From positions 2,046,001 to 2,110,000 of the forward strand of contig JAYWIR010000009.1 in NCBI GenBank assembly GCA_036172245.1: a stretch of 64,000 bases of DNA. Reading direction: 5' to 3'. Of the stretch, positions 1-14,500 are shown one piece after another. The position numbers and the translations under genes are program-made. The notes under the pieces are model-generated. The model did not search any database. It was given only the letters and a program-made list of their open reading frames with translations, and was not told the origin of the DNA. The stretch comes from Raillietiella orientalis (Eukaryota). Positions within the stretch are counted from its first letter, which is position 1. Each line of letters begins with the position of its first letter.

Positions 1-3000
1 AATTCCGTGCTCTTCTCGTGGAAGGCGCTTTTTGAAAGGTCTTTGTGCTGCTATGAAGGAAAGTTCGACATTGCCCTTTGAGTTGCGCTTCTAAGAGCTC
101 ACAATGACTTTCGTTCTCGCGAATTAAAGCGAAGAATGATTGTGGAGTGTTTGAAGAACGGAAGCTCTCTTTTCTTAACCGAATTTCCGTCCTGGCGGTT
201 CTATTCAGAAGCGTTTGATGGTGTCCCTCGACGCATCTGTCGGATGCCATGAGCAAAATTTTGTGGTCACTAAGTAGAGAGTACTGGTCGAAGAGATGAT
301 TTACCGATGATGAACGGTTTTCAACTTTTCTTGAACATTACGTGTGCATCTAACGTCGGTTTCACCATGAGGTTCAAACGAAAGTCAGCAGAACAAACTG
401 TTACGAAAAGAACCCGAAGGTTGCTTTCCTGTGCTCTGTACAATTTATATGATTTACGGACTTCAGGTAGAGAAATGCGTGACATCAGACACCTGCAAAT
501 TGCACAAGTTGACCAGATGTCTCGAGGAATCTTTCAATATTGTTTCTATTTTAGTGATTTTAAGGACATCTGGAGAACATTCCTTCTAATTCTAACCGCC
601 CTTTGGTGCTTAATCGTGTACTTGTCCACGAAACCACTAGAAACCATCAAGGCACTCCCGTCATTGATTTCACTTTTCGTCCATTGGTCTAAATGGCGAA
701 ACACTTAGACCAGATAATGACTGGCAACTCGGATGGGATCCCCCAAAAGTGCGATTTAAGTGCTTTGTCACATTAAGTCGAAGGACATTGAATTTGCTGC
801 AAGAATAAACTGAGAAGGCGGCATGTTTGATTGCAATCACTATTTCGGCCAGTTGAAGGCCGATTGGCTAGCAGAACCAGTTCAAGGCACGCGGACCTAG
901 CCCGCCCATGCTGCTGAATTTCGGTTGCCAATGCTCCATCTAGAGTAGTACATCGCAGCACCTCCACGGAACGCACATCTGCGTCCATCCCAATAAAATA
1001 CTGGACCTTGGACGGCCCCTAACACAGAGCAGCATGGTCAGTCTTTTCCTGGTCTCGTATTACAAAGACACCGCGAAGGACATACAATCCTTTGAGTTTG
1101 GGATTGCTGGTTCCTTGAACCGATCAACATTTCCCGAGATGCACACCCGATGGTCGGGTGCCCTCTTTCGACTTGCAAAGATACACCGTTTCGGTGGGCA
1201 CGAGAAAGCGCAACTAGGAAACCCTCTGCATCTGGGAGATTTCAGCAATGTTACGCAGATGACTGCTGTTTTCACGCTGTCAACTTTAAACTCGGTGGAA
1301 AGGTCATCCGAGGGGGTTGTTCGAGTGGTCATGCATCACGCTAAGACGTCTGTTGCACAGAAATGATGAACTGCCTTTCAGGAAAGCTCAAGCAAAAGTT
1401 TCCCAAGAGGTTTTTGAATCGAAGTTTGCTACTGTGAAGAGTGCACTGCAGAGCAAGGACACAGTGCCAAAAAAAAAAGCAGAGGGTGGGGACACAAAGA
1501 ACCAACTGCTCCTTTCGATTGAACCTTTCTGTTGCAGGCACCGTGAGGTGCCAGTGGGCTGGTTGCAGACTTGTTCAATGCAATGGGGGAGTCTCTACAT
1601 TGGCCGATTCCAGACGTGTGATTCCGCGCCCCAGGCAGAAGGCATGCCGTATAGTAAAGCAATTGCAACGAAACGTCCCGTTGAAGAGGTCACACGAGAA
1701 AACTTGTGACGGAGCTAACGGAGTGCACACTCACAGTTGCCTGCCTCTGCAGCAGCTTGTTCTCGGTTGCAGCGTGGTTTCCAAGCAGTCTGAGCAGCAG
1801 CAACGCTTCGTCGATGGGTGCGACTGCACTGCCTCAGGCGTAGGGAAATTATCAGCCTTACAGTGCTCTTCATGCCGAACTGTATGCGTTCTCTGCCTTC
1901 ACTGTAAACAGACAACTGGCAGAATTATCAAGACAAAGTTGTCTCGTATCCTACATATCAAGATGCTGCTGCAGCTCGAGAGAGGATCTCTAAGATTTGC
2001 TGCTTCATCATGAAAATCGCGTGAAAGAACATAAAGTTATGTTCGGGATAAGAGTCTGAATGACTCTTTATAAGACCAAACCTTGTCGAAAGATTGAAAC
2101 TGGAACCATAAGGAGGGCAACTTCACTTCTGCTCGTTTAAAGTCATCATGACCAACTTGCAATACTCCGAAGGCATAGCCTATTAAGACACATTGCCTGG
2201 GGTGTTTCATATAAGAAGAAACCTTAGTTTTCAGCTTTTCAATCAGATTTTGTCAGAGCCATTTACCATAATTACAGCATCAACATATGGGACATGGGCT
2301 CCACAACCATTTCTTGTCATACTGACAGAAAATTCCTGAACTACTTGTCTCTATTTGTTCAATATGAAATAGACATGGGTTGTCTAGGTTGAAAAAGGTC
2401 AGCTTATGACGCCAATCATCCTGTTGGTAACTCAACTCTTCTCCGACTCGATCAGCAAAGGAGCAATCAGCTCTACGCATAGCTACCCGACAATTCGGAA
2501 AGCGGCTCTACACACGCGTTCACCCTTGCGACCACCCCCCTCACCCCACTACTCTCAAAGGTCTCTTTTCTTTAGAAGCTCCGCTCTCTCGTCTTGTATC
2601 TTGGGCGAGTGCAGTGCTGAGATCCGCTGGTCGACGTTTCAGCAGCAGCGGACGTGCGAGCTCGTGCGCCGAGCACTCCTCTCAATGTCCGGTCTTTCGG
2701 TCGCCCTTTCTGCTTGAAAATTGCCTGCAGGATGTTATTCTAAGTGGATGGGCTCTCCACATTGGCTTCACAGTTCCGTCCTTGTACTGTGGTTCACGCG
2801 GATGAAAGTCGCATGCTACCCAGTTGCGTATGCCCAATACATTAGGAGGCTTGCCATGAGGTGTCCCTTCTGTACAGTAGCCAAATTTCTGTAAAGAAGG
2901 TGCTCTCGCAAATAATTCTCATTGCTCACATAGAAGTTTGCAGGTTTCATACAGATATCAAAGAATTACCAATCCCATGCAGTTAAGTTAACTTCAGAGA

Positions 3001-3644
3001 AGTTTTGGACCTTCCGCAAAAGACATCTTCCTGCTGCATGCAACCAACGCGCCTTATTCCACCGAAGTATTCAATGGCACCTCTGTTTTTTCTTTTGGTT
3101 TGCATTTGCTATGTATTTATAGTAAATAAACTGCCCTCCTGATTGCGCTTCGTGATTTTTTTCTGTTCGACTGTACAAGAAATTTTATGAACTCAATCTG
3201 TCCAATGCGCAGGAAGTGAGTTTAGCTCAACCACGGCCTCCTTGCTTTCGTTTCTGTCGTGAAGTGCTGCTGGCTGTCTCAGATGAGCAAAGATGCCTTG
3301 CGCTCTTGATGGTACTTTTTCTTCCAGCGTGGGGAAAAAAATAGAATGAGACCGTGTTCTGAGTACGGAAAACCCGTGACTGAACGTCTTTTCCAGCTGA
3401 ATCTGATGTGCAGCGGTGGACCCTTGGAAGCCGCAGGAGGAATAGCCGATTGACTATTGATAAAATCCTTCCTCCTGGTGGCACGTCAATTTATTCTTCG
3501 TGCATGTGACCTCGGCGAGCTCTTCTTTAACGGACGCCTTTCCCTTCACGACTCCTTCTTAAGCGGCCATCTATCTGCCTAAAACTTCCCCTTTTTTTTT
3601 GCTCACTGCCCCCTTACTATATATTTGTTTCCAGATGACCAGAA

Positions 3645-3975
3645 GCCTTCCAGTGGCTTGTCTAAGGACACCTTCCATCAGAGCTTCTTGTTTCACATAC
3701 ATGGCAATAATAAAATCAACAACTTATGAATTACCTGAATAAAATGTATGTCACTAAAATAGTAATGAATAGGAATTCACATGAAGGAGTCATAGGGTGG
3801 TGACGCGACAACCAAGAAGCTCTGATGGAAGGTGTCCTTAGACAAGCCACTGGAAGGCGTCTCCACCCTATGACTCCTTCATGTGAATTCCTATTCATTA
3901 CTATTTTAGTGACATACATTTTATTCAGGTAATTCATAAGTTGTTGATTTTATTATTGCCATGTATATGAAACAA
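3645..3975. repeat. Interleaved near-perfect inverted repeats (A-B-A'-B')
   Basis: 3645-3690 is the reverse complement of 3813-3858. 3688-3806 is the reverse complement of 3857-3975 with about 2 mismatches. Confidence 0.95.
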
Positions 3976-4513
3976 CATGAATAATGACATAAATGTTTGT
4001 GTAAAGACTATTATCCAAATTTATTCGGAAAGTGTGATTAATACTTTTTGTTACATATATATTATTAATGGTGAAATTGTTTAAGCACGTAGATTTAATG
4101 ACATTTAGGAACATACAATGTGTCACTATGTATGTCCCGTACTTTATTATGCCGTGTATATAAACATGAAAAGTTACAAAAAATCAATACATAGGCGGAC
4201 TCAATTTATATATATTTATGTGTATGTATTAAAGGAATTGTGAACACCCTATTTTCGGAAGTATAAAACGTCATTGTGGCTGAAACAGGTGGGAGGGAAT
4301 CAAATAAAAAATGATATAAAAACGCAAAAACATAGGTTTAATCGACAAAGGCGGAAGAAGCATAATTATTAATTCCAGATGATTCTGAAAACAAAGAGAA
4401 GCATCTATTTTAGACGAAGCTCAGGAAGACCCTTGGCCTTCAGGCTCTTCTGTCTGCTACCATGACCAGAAGACGATGAGCTCTGCCCATGCTTGGTCTT
4501 TTGAGAACGCAAA

Positions 4514-6500
4514 ATGTTGAAGGAGTGCAGTGAAACCGTACGACCAGCCTCGTCACATTTCTCTTTCTCCTTCATCACAATCAGAGGACCGCGAAGCCGG
4601 GTGAGGTCTCTTTCCTCTACGATCTCCATGGGTCTGCGGTGCCGCTGCTGGATGCAGCTTCGCAGCACAGGCTGCAATAAAACACTCTCGAGTGGAAAGC
4701 ACAAACGAGATCATGCTTGCAGCAATCATGAGTCTGGTTCCTGGTTCGGGGAAGCTACGTCATCAGTTCAGCAGGATGCTCTTGAACTGCGTAGTGACCC
4801 GCGAGTCTTCAGCCCGGTCACGAACGCTCTGAAGAGGTTTTGTCAGGAAGGAGTTGAACTAGCCTCAGATTCTGCTCCTCAGTCGGCCGCTGCTGATCTA
4901 AGTTTGAAGTTTCCCTGCATCAAACGGCATTGCAGGATGGCCATTAAAACTGGCAGAGGCCCGCTCAGTCACCAATTCGGGAATGCCCGAGCAGAGCGGC
5001 GTGCGGTCTTATCACCTGCAGAGGCTCCAACGATGGCATTCATAAAGTGAAGAAATCCCCTCCGCTACAAGCCTTTTTTGAAAGCTCTGTGCGAGAGATG
5101 TAAGAGCCAGCCGATACAGAAGAGTTTAAGATTCGACCTTCCAGTGTCAAGGGAGTTTCTTTGCTAAACCCTTATGCTGTAATTCCTATCGAAAAGAAAC
5201 ATAAGAAATCTTTAGTTCGAAATCAAAATGAGAAGTGCGTCCATCTTCGCCTCTATCTTCTAAGGAACAAATCTGGCCTCTTCTGGATGCTGTTTTCTGC
5301 AGCAAAATTCGTCTCTCGGCTGCGAAAGGGCACCTTTAGGAGCCGCAGTTGTCTATTGCAAGCGATGACTCGCATGCAGGATGAGATCTCGAACTCTCAA
5401 AATTGATGATGAAGGATCTGTAGAAGAGAATGAGTTCGTGCCTTCTTTGGTCCCTAATAAGGAAGTGGACGACGAGGAGAATGGATTGAAGGACAACAAA
5501 CACGCTTGATGAAGAGCAGTAGAAAAAAAGAAAAAGGCGTGGCAGTAGTTAGGAATTGTCCGCTGCAATATTTAGAGAGAATCATGCTTTCAGCGTTCAG
5601 GAGATGACCAGCAAATGCTGAGATGAAGTTTCAAGACTGTGTACGACTCCTTTTAAGAAAAAGTGCGCCATGTTCTAAACATCGCTTATCAAGCTACGAT
5701 CAGAGAAGCTGGGCCTGAACCCCCACAACGGATCGGCGCTTCAAGCAATGCACAACACTCATCAAAATAGAGCAATGCAAGCAATTGTAGATTGAGAACA
5801 GCTCAGAGTATCGATTCATTATGAGGCTATCGAGGAGCAATGCCATCATTGTCTAAGGATCACCAAAGAATACGATGACTGTCATTCCTAAAAAATACTA
5901 CTTTGGAGATGAAGAAACATTATTCTTTCAGATAAGTCTTCCTTCACTCAAGAGGAGGTTTCCACTCTCCCGAACAGCGGGAATAACTCCGCTGCTTGAG
6001 TAGATGGGAGCGTATGCACGATGACTGATCCTCATGTCACCCTCCTAACACTAGTGTTCAGATCTTGACATAGATTCAGCCCAGATTCAGAACAACGAAA
6101 GTGCACCCGGACAATTTCCATCTCGAAAGCTCTCTATCATTAGAGAAACACCACAATTGAAGGAGCATTTCTAGTGACACCGGTCTTTACGTGAGGACTT
6201 TCACAGTAGTGGCACGATTATTAGAATGAAAGCCAGAATACCAGGTGGCCTGTCCGAAGCAATCGCAACTCTCCGATGGAGATCGTGACGATGGCGCTAT
6301 TCTACAAATTCGATTCTATACGTAGACGGAGAAGAGATGTTTGGTATGGTTTCCGTTAGATTCCATAATCCTTCTGGAGCCATCTCGCTTGCCATGACGC
6401 TAAGAGCATGAGGGGAAACTTGGGTTGAGCAGATGTTCTCTTGGTCGCTGAAGATGTGCACTCCGACAGCCACTCACACAATCGACTGGAATTCACTGTG
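4514..6500 (+). mobile_element. Decayed Utopia/NeSL-like (R2-superfamily) non-LTR retrotransposon fragment
   Basis: The Zn-finger-like LKFPCIKRHCRMAIKTGRGPLSHQF matches MRFSCNKPRCGMAFSSRRGFLNHQI in the 48.6-49.15 kb ORF. Downstream remnants NPHNGSALQAM, FTQEEV, NSAA*VDG, DPHVTLLTLVF and KCTRTISISK are collinear with the 47.6-48.2 kb RT. Many stops; ends approximate. Confidence 0.6.
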
Positions 6501-6530
6501 ACGAAACCTTTTCACATGAGCGAGGCTCAG

Positions 6531-8770
6531 CTAGGTCGAGAGAGTCTTGGACTCTCTACTGATCGGGGGGAGGGAAGCTAAAGGGGTGAAGCGGCGCCCG
6601 AAGCCCTTGCGGTCGCAGTCGATCTGCGTAAAGCTTTTGACTGCGTCGACCAGGAACTCCTTCTGGAGCTTCTGGAACGCATGGGATTTCCGGCCGACTT
6701 CCTGGCCTACCTGCGCTCCTGCTGGCGCTTCGCATACAAAAATATTTGTTTCTGCGGCTGGCACGTGTACGGCGTGCCGGTTCGTCGTGACATCCGGCAG
6801 GGCGACAGCCTCAGCCCCCGGCTCTTCAGCAACTACTTTGAGTTGGTACTGAGAGCATACAGGGAGACTTTGGCAACCCTGCCGAGCTCGTGTCCTTGCA
6901 CGCCTGCCGTGTCGGCCAATGCCGACGACCTTCTGCTCCTGCTCCCCGGGTCCACCCCGGCATCGGCGCTCGAGGATTTCTTCGAATTGCTGCGCCGCGG
7001 GACAGGCCTCGAGGTGAACAGGACGAAGTCGTCGATCATCTTCTCGGACTCGTTGCGGGCAGGACTGTCGGACTGGATCCGCTTGGGGATCCCCACGGGC
7101 GGGAACATCAAGTACCTTGGCGTTCCGTTGGAAGAATTCTGCATTGCAGAAGCCTGGTCCGACCGTCTTCAAAAGGTGGAGTTAGCGATCGGCCCGTTAC
7201 GGGACGGCAAGTTTTACTTGCGGGAACGGGTCGCGGTGTGGAACGCTTTTGAAGCCATCCTTCTTCGTCCTCTACTTTTTGTGTGCCCCACCCCTTCCCA
7301 AATTAAGATACGGACAAGGCGCCTCATCAGGAAAGCCCTTGGGGTAGCCGGCGTCCCCGCGTGCCACTGAGAGACATGTGCGCTCCACGCAGGGACGGTG
7401 GACTTGGTCTCCCGACGTTGAAGCTCATGGAGCGTTAGCTCCAAATTAGGAAACTTGCCCTTGCGGGAAAATATTGGAAAGCACCATGGTGTGCGCCCAT
7501 ACGACTCCTCGCCCACAGGGCAACCGGCTGCGACGGATTGACTTCAGTCCTAGTAGCCAACGACTGTAGACTGTACCATTATGGGTTTCAGCTACGGGAA
7601 TCGGTGACCCTGATGAGGGGCAACCCGTGGATCTCCTGCAGCCCCGCAAACTGAACTACCTGGCTCCAGGAGTCCGTTTCCGCGTGGGCAAAAATCAACG
7701 GCTCTAGCGAGGTGGACTTCTGCCTTCGTCGAGACAGGAACGCTGGCCAGCCCCTGAGGGAGATCGTTTCCAACCCACAAAAGCTTTTGTGGGCTTCATT
7801 CACCCCCCTTGCTTCCTTGCTGCCCTCCCTCAGAGAAGCCAGGGACAGCCAAGAAGAAGCATCTTGGGAAGTGTCCTGCCTCATTGGAGGCAGGAAAAAA
7901 CTGATGAAGGCGTGGACGTCCCGGGAACTAGCGGACGCCAGTACCCCGACTGTCCCGCCAAGTGGAATTGTGCTCTGGGGCGAGCTGCTCGACATGCCTC
8001 CGGAGGAGGTGAAGTGGCCCCCGGCGTATTGGGACAGTGGCACCTTCCCTTTGGATTGGCAAGAGACGGCGCTGCTTGTGCTTCATTTGGGACTTTTGAG
8101 CAGAGCACGCCTGTCTCACTGGACATTGGGGGGATTGGGTGCCCATTGTGCAGAGTGTGGGGAAACGGAGACTTTCCCCACTTACTAATCGAGTGTGTTG
8201 CCCTCCGCCTCACGTGGGATCGACTCTCGTCGGCTATAAACGTAGCGGTGGGCGACCCTTAAAACATTTTTCGTTGCCTCCTGATGCGTAACTCCCTGCC
8301 AGGTGCCTCGTGAGTTGCAGTTCTCTGCTGCATACGGGAATATTGAACAAGGGGAACGCGTCAATAAGGGGCCGCAGTAGTCGGAATGCCATCCACTGGG
8401 CAGTCATCTCCATGGAGAAGGCTTCCCGTTGGCGCCGGCTGATTAAAATTCTGCCAGCACTTGTTCGCATCCGGAACCAGATGCAGAGGCCTCCCCTTGG
8501 CGAACCGTGATCCCTTCCCTTCCCTCCCCACCCCATAAACATTGTCCCTTAAGTGTTTTTACTTTTTTTTTTTTTTTTTTCTCTTTTTCCCGTCCTCTTC
8601 GCTAGTGGAGAAGGTCTTACCGGCACTCGAGTCGGAAAAAACAAGTGCATAAGAAATAAGAACAATGTGTTCTGACAGGAACACAAATCCAATTAATTAA
8701 TAATTGACAGCAATTAATAATTGTAAAAATGTTTTTTAAATAATAAAAGCCCCGGCTTACCCGGGTGAAA
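6531..8770 (+). mobile_element. Tx1/L1-clade family A retrotransposon, 5'-truncated (RT core, C-terminal zinc finger, 3' tail)
   Basis: AVDLRKAFD, IRQGDSLSP, (N)ADD, KYLGV and CAECGETETFPHLLIEC across frameshifts. GTGATCCCTTCC at ~8507. Tail AATAAAAGCCCCGGCTTACCCGGGTGAAA at 8742-8770. Confidence 0.9.
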
Positions 8771-10584
8771 GATTCACATAAGCGGAGGAGTGGAAGGAAG
8801 GTGTGCTTCCAGTGCTTCCGTAATTCTTTTCATGTAAGAGCTTATTGTACGAGCAGTCGAGAATAGTTACTGAGAGGGTGACCTCTTGGTTTATGCAGAA
8901 AACTCGGTCATCCTTGCGAATTACCAAGAGGATCGAACGAGTTGGCTGAGCACACTTCTCAACGTTGTGAGATAAACTCAACTGTGAGCAGTGGCTCAGC
9001 GTCAAAACTGAATACATGAGACCCTCATAAGGGTCAAGGAAGGCAGTTGGCGATATCAAATTACACGATCTTTCATAGAAGCGATTCTTTCTATGCCGAA
9101 TGCATCCTCAGTACTAGTCTTTAGCTTGGTTGAAAATCGGAGCTATAAAATCCGTTTTTCCCAGCCTCGTACACAAGGAAGGACTTGCAGCTTATACGAA
9201 AAAGACAGGAAATATCTGTACAAGAAAACAAGGCGATCAAGATATTGCCACACCCTTATATCGAAACAGCCAATAAACACCTCAAGATTTCATGAAATAA
9301 TAAGAATGAGATGGCCCCGGAATAAGAGACTCACAAGAAGCTAGTATCTTCATCGTGGATCTGCTACAAGATCGTATCCTTGTCTGATGGACCGACAGAA
9401 CACCAGCCCAGATAACTCCACGTGAGGGAGAGTTCAATGAAATTCCTCCATGACGAATACTTCGGCTGTGAAGTGCTTGCGCACGTTATCATGTCCACCA
9501 CAGTCGGAAAGCACGTGCCTGAAAACATCCACCTTTTTGCAACTGGCACACTTCTGAGAGGAGCCGTCCTTTGCTAGGAACTTCCGTGGCTGACTACACG
9601 GAAATCCCGGCGAAGAAGCTGGATTGCCTCATCCTGCTAATTGACGGAGAAGTACAAAAGTGTCCGAAGCAAGAAATGGACCTTTCAAATTTTGAAAGTT
9701 GAAGACGGCCGGTTTTCCAAAAGGACCTTATTCAGCGGTGTCTCCATGACGGACCACTTCTATTGGCTTGCCGAACGGTTTCTTGCAACGAAGCATGAGA
9801 TGACTGAGGCATCCCACAGGCAACCACCGTGTAACAGATATTACTCCACTTCTTCTACGCTCTAGCTGAAGTACGGCAATCAGCTTCACAGTGCGGAGCA
9901 TTGTGAACGATGCAAATGCACGCAATGCTGCGGTCTTCCTGAGGGAGAAGTGAGGAGGCTTTGAACGCTACTCAGGAATCAATACAGCGGGCGATACAAC
10001 AGGAGAATACAACAGGCGATTGCGAATGGTCCCTCTCTCCACAATATGGAACAAATCCCAGCCAATATTTGCATTCGGTCCAGCAATGAGGTTGATGCCG
10101 AACAGACCCGAAGGCAAAAGCAGGAACTAAAGTCTCGTGGCCGCTCTCGTTAGAAAGTTGATCACGTGATCTCGTCTCACCTCGATGAGGTGCCTGCACA
10201 TAGCGTGCTGGGAAGCACACCCATGCGCATCACTGGAAAACAAGAAGCGGTAAATAACTCTCCCATGCATTTTCCATGGTCTTCTCCCACGAGCTGCTGG
10301 TGACCAGCACGCACAAGAGCAGAGCTTCTTTCACTGCCGGCTTTCCGCAGATCATCACAAGCAGATAGAGGCCACATCTTGCTTCTACCGACCGCAATCC
10401 AGACCCTAACGACTCCTGCAGCACTGGTGGCAGCGCTGTCTGCAAGAGTTCCTCCTCCATTGATCACAAACCGCATCAAGAAATCCAAGATGTTCCAATA
10501 CATGGGCAAGTCGATTCTTTTAAAGGAAAGTAGGCAAACTGCCCTCGTGTCCTCAGTCTGACCCCACAATCAAAGAAAATTTGG

Positions 10585-11520
10585 TTTTTCACCCGGGATC
10601 GTCGTGCTACTTACTTGGATCAATTAACACTTCGACATAATAATCCCATTGGACCTTTCAAGTTCACTCTTAGGCACAGCTTGCCGAGAGTCCGTTGCGC
10701 AGACCGGAGAGGATGGCCACGACAGCAGAGGGGATGGGGAAATGGTAAAGAAAAAAACAAATAAAAATACATAGACAGCAATAAGTTCTGGGAGGCACGG
10801 AAAGGGATCAGTGCCTGCTAAAGGCCGCCTTCTGCGTCCTTTGCAGGATGCTGGCAAGTCCCTCTCTTCTGTTCTCCAGTTGGGGCCATCTCGTCGTCCC
10901 CCGTAAAAATGTAGGCTGAAGTGAATATGGTCCCTTGCTCTTCTTCCTCCAATGGTGTAGCTCCACTCCGCCACAATCCCGCGTACGCAGCAAAGCGCAG
11001 CTAAGGATGTAGCCAGAGACAGTGTGTCGCTCACGAAGAGAGGTCAGAGTGCGTCCCTGCGCTTACCACATGCAGTGCGAAGGGTCATCGCTGGAAGCGT
11101 CCCCACGGCGGTCTCAGGTGAACACAGTCCACAAGCAGACGCGGGAAGGTTTCCCGTTCTTCGCACCAGCTGCTATTCAGATCCGCAACTCCCCGGATCC
11201 AGTGGTATAGGCGTGCCTTGCATGATATGCCGCAGTGCAATAGCAGAAATACCGCCTGCTGCCATTTGAGAGCGAAATGCGGTTGTTCTAGAAAAATGAG
11301 GGCCACTCGAGATTCTCACGGGGAATGCTTAGCAGCTCACCCCAACTCACCTGAGGATGCAGACTTGGTGTGCAGCTTCAGTAAGCTGGCCCGTGGTCCA
11401 AATGGTGAGCGTCCTTCTTCTGGATGCTATTTCGCAGAAGAATTTCCATCTCGCCGTTAGCTTGCTGCTACCAGGGTGGTTTCGCAGGGACGGCAGCGTG
11501 GCAGAAAAGGAATTTCGCCC
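10585..11520 (-). mobile_element. Family A 3' fragment, degraded
   Basis: LKWQQAVFLLLHCG...ERETFPRLLVDC and SLAALCCVRGIVAEWS. 3'UTR GATCCCTTTCC at ~10800. Tail CCCGGGTGAAAAA at 10585-10597. Right boundary approximate. Confidence 0.8.
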
Positions 11521-14500
11521 AGACCATTTGCACTTGGTGAGTTGCCCCATCACTGCTGGAGCGAGCAGTTGTAGAAAAAGTGCAGCTGCCGTTGCCATAT
11601 CTTGAGGATCCACTCGTTAATCTCCGCCCATGTGCGCATAATTTCCTGAAGCCAGACACTGCCTTTTGCGGGGCTGTATGAGATCCAAGGGTTTTCCCTG
11701 GTCGTAGCCCGCAATGGACCACGGTGCCGCGTCTCAGTGCAAGAAAAGAGGAAAGTGCCTCGCAGGGAGCTGTTTGCGTTGTGAAGGTTGCCATGTAATC
11801 TGTTTCCATATCGGCATGGCTCGTGAAGCCGGGATACATTCTCTCTATTTTTGCACGCACCGGCTCTTCAGCACAGTCAGTGGAGGGCTGCTTTCGTCCC
11901 ATAGGCAAAGAGTGATGTCCAGGAGCGTTTTCTCGAACGACGCGAAGCAGTCCGCGAATGTTACGGAAGACTTTGTCCCATCGTTCCTTGACTCTTTCTT
12001 GCAAATGTACACGGCAGGATTCAGGACAGGCCGCTGCTATTGTGCGAGCTGCTCACCGGCCATCAGACGGAATCCTACATCCTTGCGTAAAAAAAGTAAT
12101 AATCGCACTGTGCCTTTGGAGTTCACTATTAACGGACGACTTTCTAGGATGGTGACACATATTTCGATCTTCTGTTGATGGGATAAAATGTCGGAGATCC
12201 AACAGCATCAGAGGCTTGCTGGTGCAAACGCGCATTTTTCCCGCCTCACTTCTTTACTAGCAACAGCGGACCGCCGAGAAAGAGATCCAGAGCTCCGTTA
12301 CGAGCGAGAATCCATGTTTCCTGCAACTGCTGAGTCAGACAGCGTGCACTCCCCAGCCAAAGTACCAGGTAAGTCTAGACCTGGCAGCTGCCGTCGCTAG
12401 TGCCAGCAGCCGTCGCAGTGTGTGATGCGGAGAAAACCCATCACGAACTGGGTGTTTCATTTCGCCGTAGCGCAAGATGAATGGTGACGCGGGGGAACGG
12501 ATGACCTCTTTTCTGTACTTGCGCTTTGGCGTGGAAGCTGCGTTTCTTCAACGACAACTAAATTTGCGTTTTCTGCAGCCGAATGCGCATTACCGGCCCG
12601 AGGCGCAGAAATTACTAACGAAGTGATCACGGCCGGGAGACTCGGGCATCGCAGCGAAGATTCAACCTCGAAATGAAAGACGCTACTTTCTGAGATTGCG
12701 CGAACGGCAAGACGTAGATGCCCAAACGATCCCTATCTCATAAGCGCGATTCTCACATCACTGCTTTACGACTGCATTTCGAAAGAGTGAATCCCCAAGC
12801 TGGACTTGTTGTTCCTTGGCTTGTTTGAGCGTGAGCGATGAAGTTCTCTTCACCCTTTTCCTCCCATCCAGCGACCGTCACGAATTGCTCTTTGCTCTCG
12901 CCTTTGAGCATTCAGTCGAAATCAGCCGTCGCACGCAGCTTCCCGCCAAATGCACTGAGGTCCAGAACGTGTAAAGAGGATACCACCGTGGGAAAGCTGA
13001 GCGCTTGGCTGTGTGAGTGTTCATGAAATTTGCACGCTCAGCTTGTGGAAGGCGTCACGATGACGTAGGAACTTACCATCTTAACTGCTGTGAAGGTGTC
13101 GTGATTTGCCGATAACTGCTTCCCTCGCACACAACGACTCGAGACCTTTGGTTGGAAGGTTCTTCATTCGATACGCATTCGAAGGCTTTCCAGAAAACGA
13201 GAGAGGGAAAATGTTTCTGGAAATCACTTCATTCCTCCTGCTGTGTAGAACATGGCAGTTTTGGACTCATTGTAGTGTGGTTCCTGCAGCTGGAATCGCT
13301 CTTCCATGGAGAGATGAGATGCCCGTGTTATTCGCTGCTTCATGTTCAGAGTTTCTTTCGGGCTTTCTCTGTTGATGGTAATAAAATGAACGAAACGCAG
13401 AAAAAATTCACGAATGCATTCCTTTAGGAACAGCAGCCTCCGGCTCTTAGATATCCACTCTCCTGTGCTGAGCAGAAAAGGCACAAGAGATTCAATAAGA
13501 GTTCGAGTAATTTGAGCCAAGCTGAGAGTAATGATCTTTGATTACATTTCTAATCGTGGTAAGAGAGTTTTTCCACGAGAGCGCTTGCATTTTGGATGTT
13601 CTCAAGCAGGACTGCAGCTCCTTGTCAACAAGAAAGAATGCCTTCCTCGAAATAGAAAAGAGGCGCTGAGGATGGTGTTCTTTCACAGATCAGAGCCTCG
13701 TTTTTTTTTTTAAAAAAAAAGCCAGGTGGAATGCGCTTCTTCCACTCATTTGACGTTTCCATCAGATGATTTTCCACATCTGTGAGAAAAACCATATCAC
13801 TAGTGGACTCAGAAAATTGCAAAAGAACGAAACGTCTGGAAATTCCTCTACGCCTGCGGTGAATGGATGGTTGTTGATCCTTCTTTTTCATTTGATACGG
13901 TGCACGTAAGTGAAGGTTTCGATGGGTTCTTTGCGTCTCCATGGACAGCAGCCCCAAAAGCTGATATTCCTTCTTGAAATGCGTTCTCGAAAAGCTCTCG
14001 TTGACTTTCGCTCTTGCAACTTGCTGCAAGTGGCCGCACACCAAGGAGCCGAATACTCCTTACTCTGAGTGCTTTATGTGAGAAAATACACAACAAAATT
14101 CATTTCTTCGGAGGACCATCTGTATCCTGCTTCTGAGAACGACATAAATGGGTGTCCATGCAAAAACCAGGGAAGTCAAGAGGAATGACGAGAAAGAAAT
14201 CTAAGGCGCGGCTAGCAAGTGAGAGGGCATCTCTCCCCTCGAAAGTGGAAGCACAGATCATCGAGATCAAACAAAGGGTATTGGGAAGGCAATAGGTCCC
14301 TCACAAAATCAGAAACTGATCTTAAGCATCCCTAAAAGCATGTCTACGATTTCCTGCCCTACTCTCTGCGCTTTTTGTGACTGTCAAGTTCCCCAAACTG
14401 TCATGCGGTGGGCTGAATTTACTAACGACGGAATTTACAGTTTCCACAGCAATAACGACGTAATTCGTACTTCATCTGTGGATTACCACAGTTTAGAATT

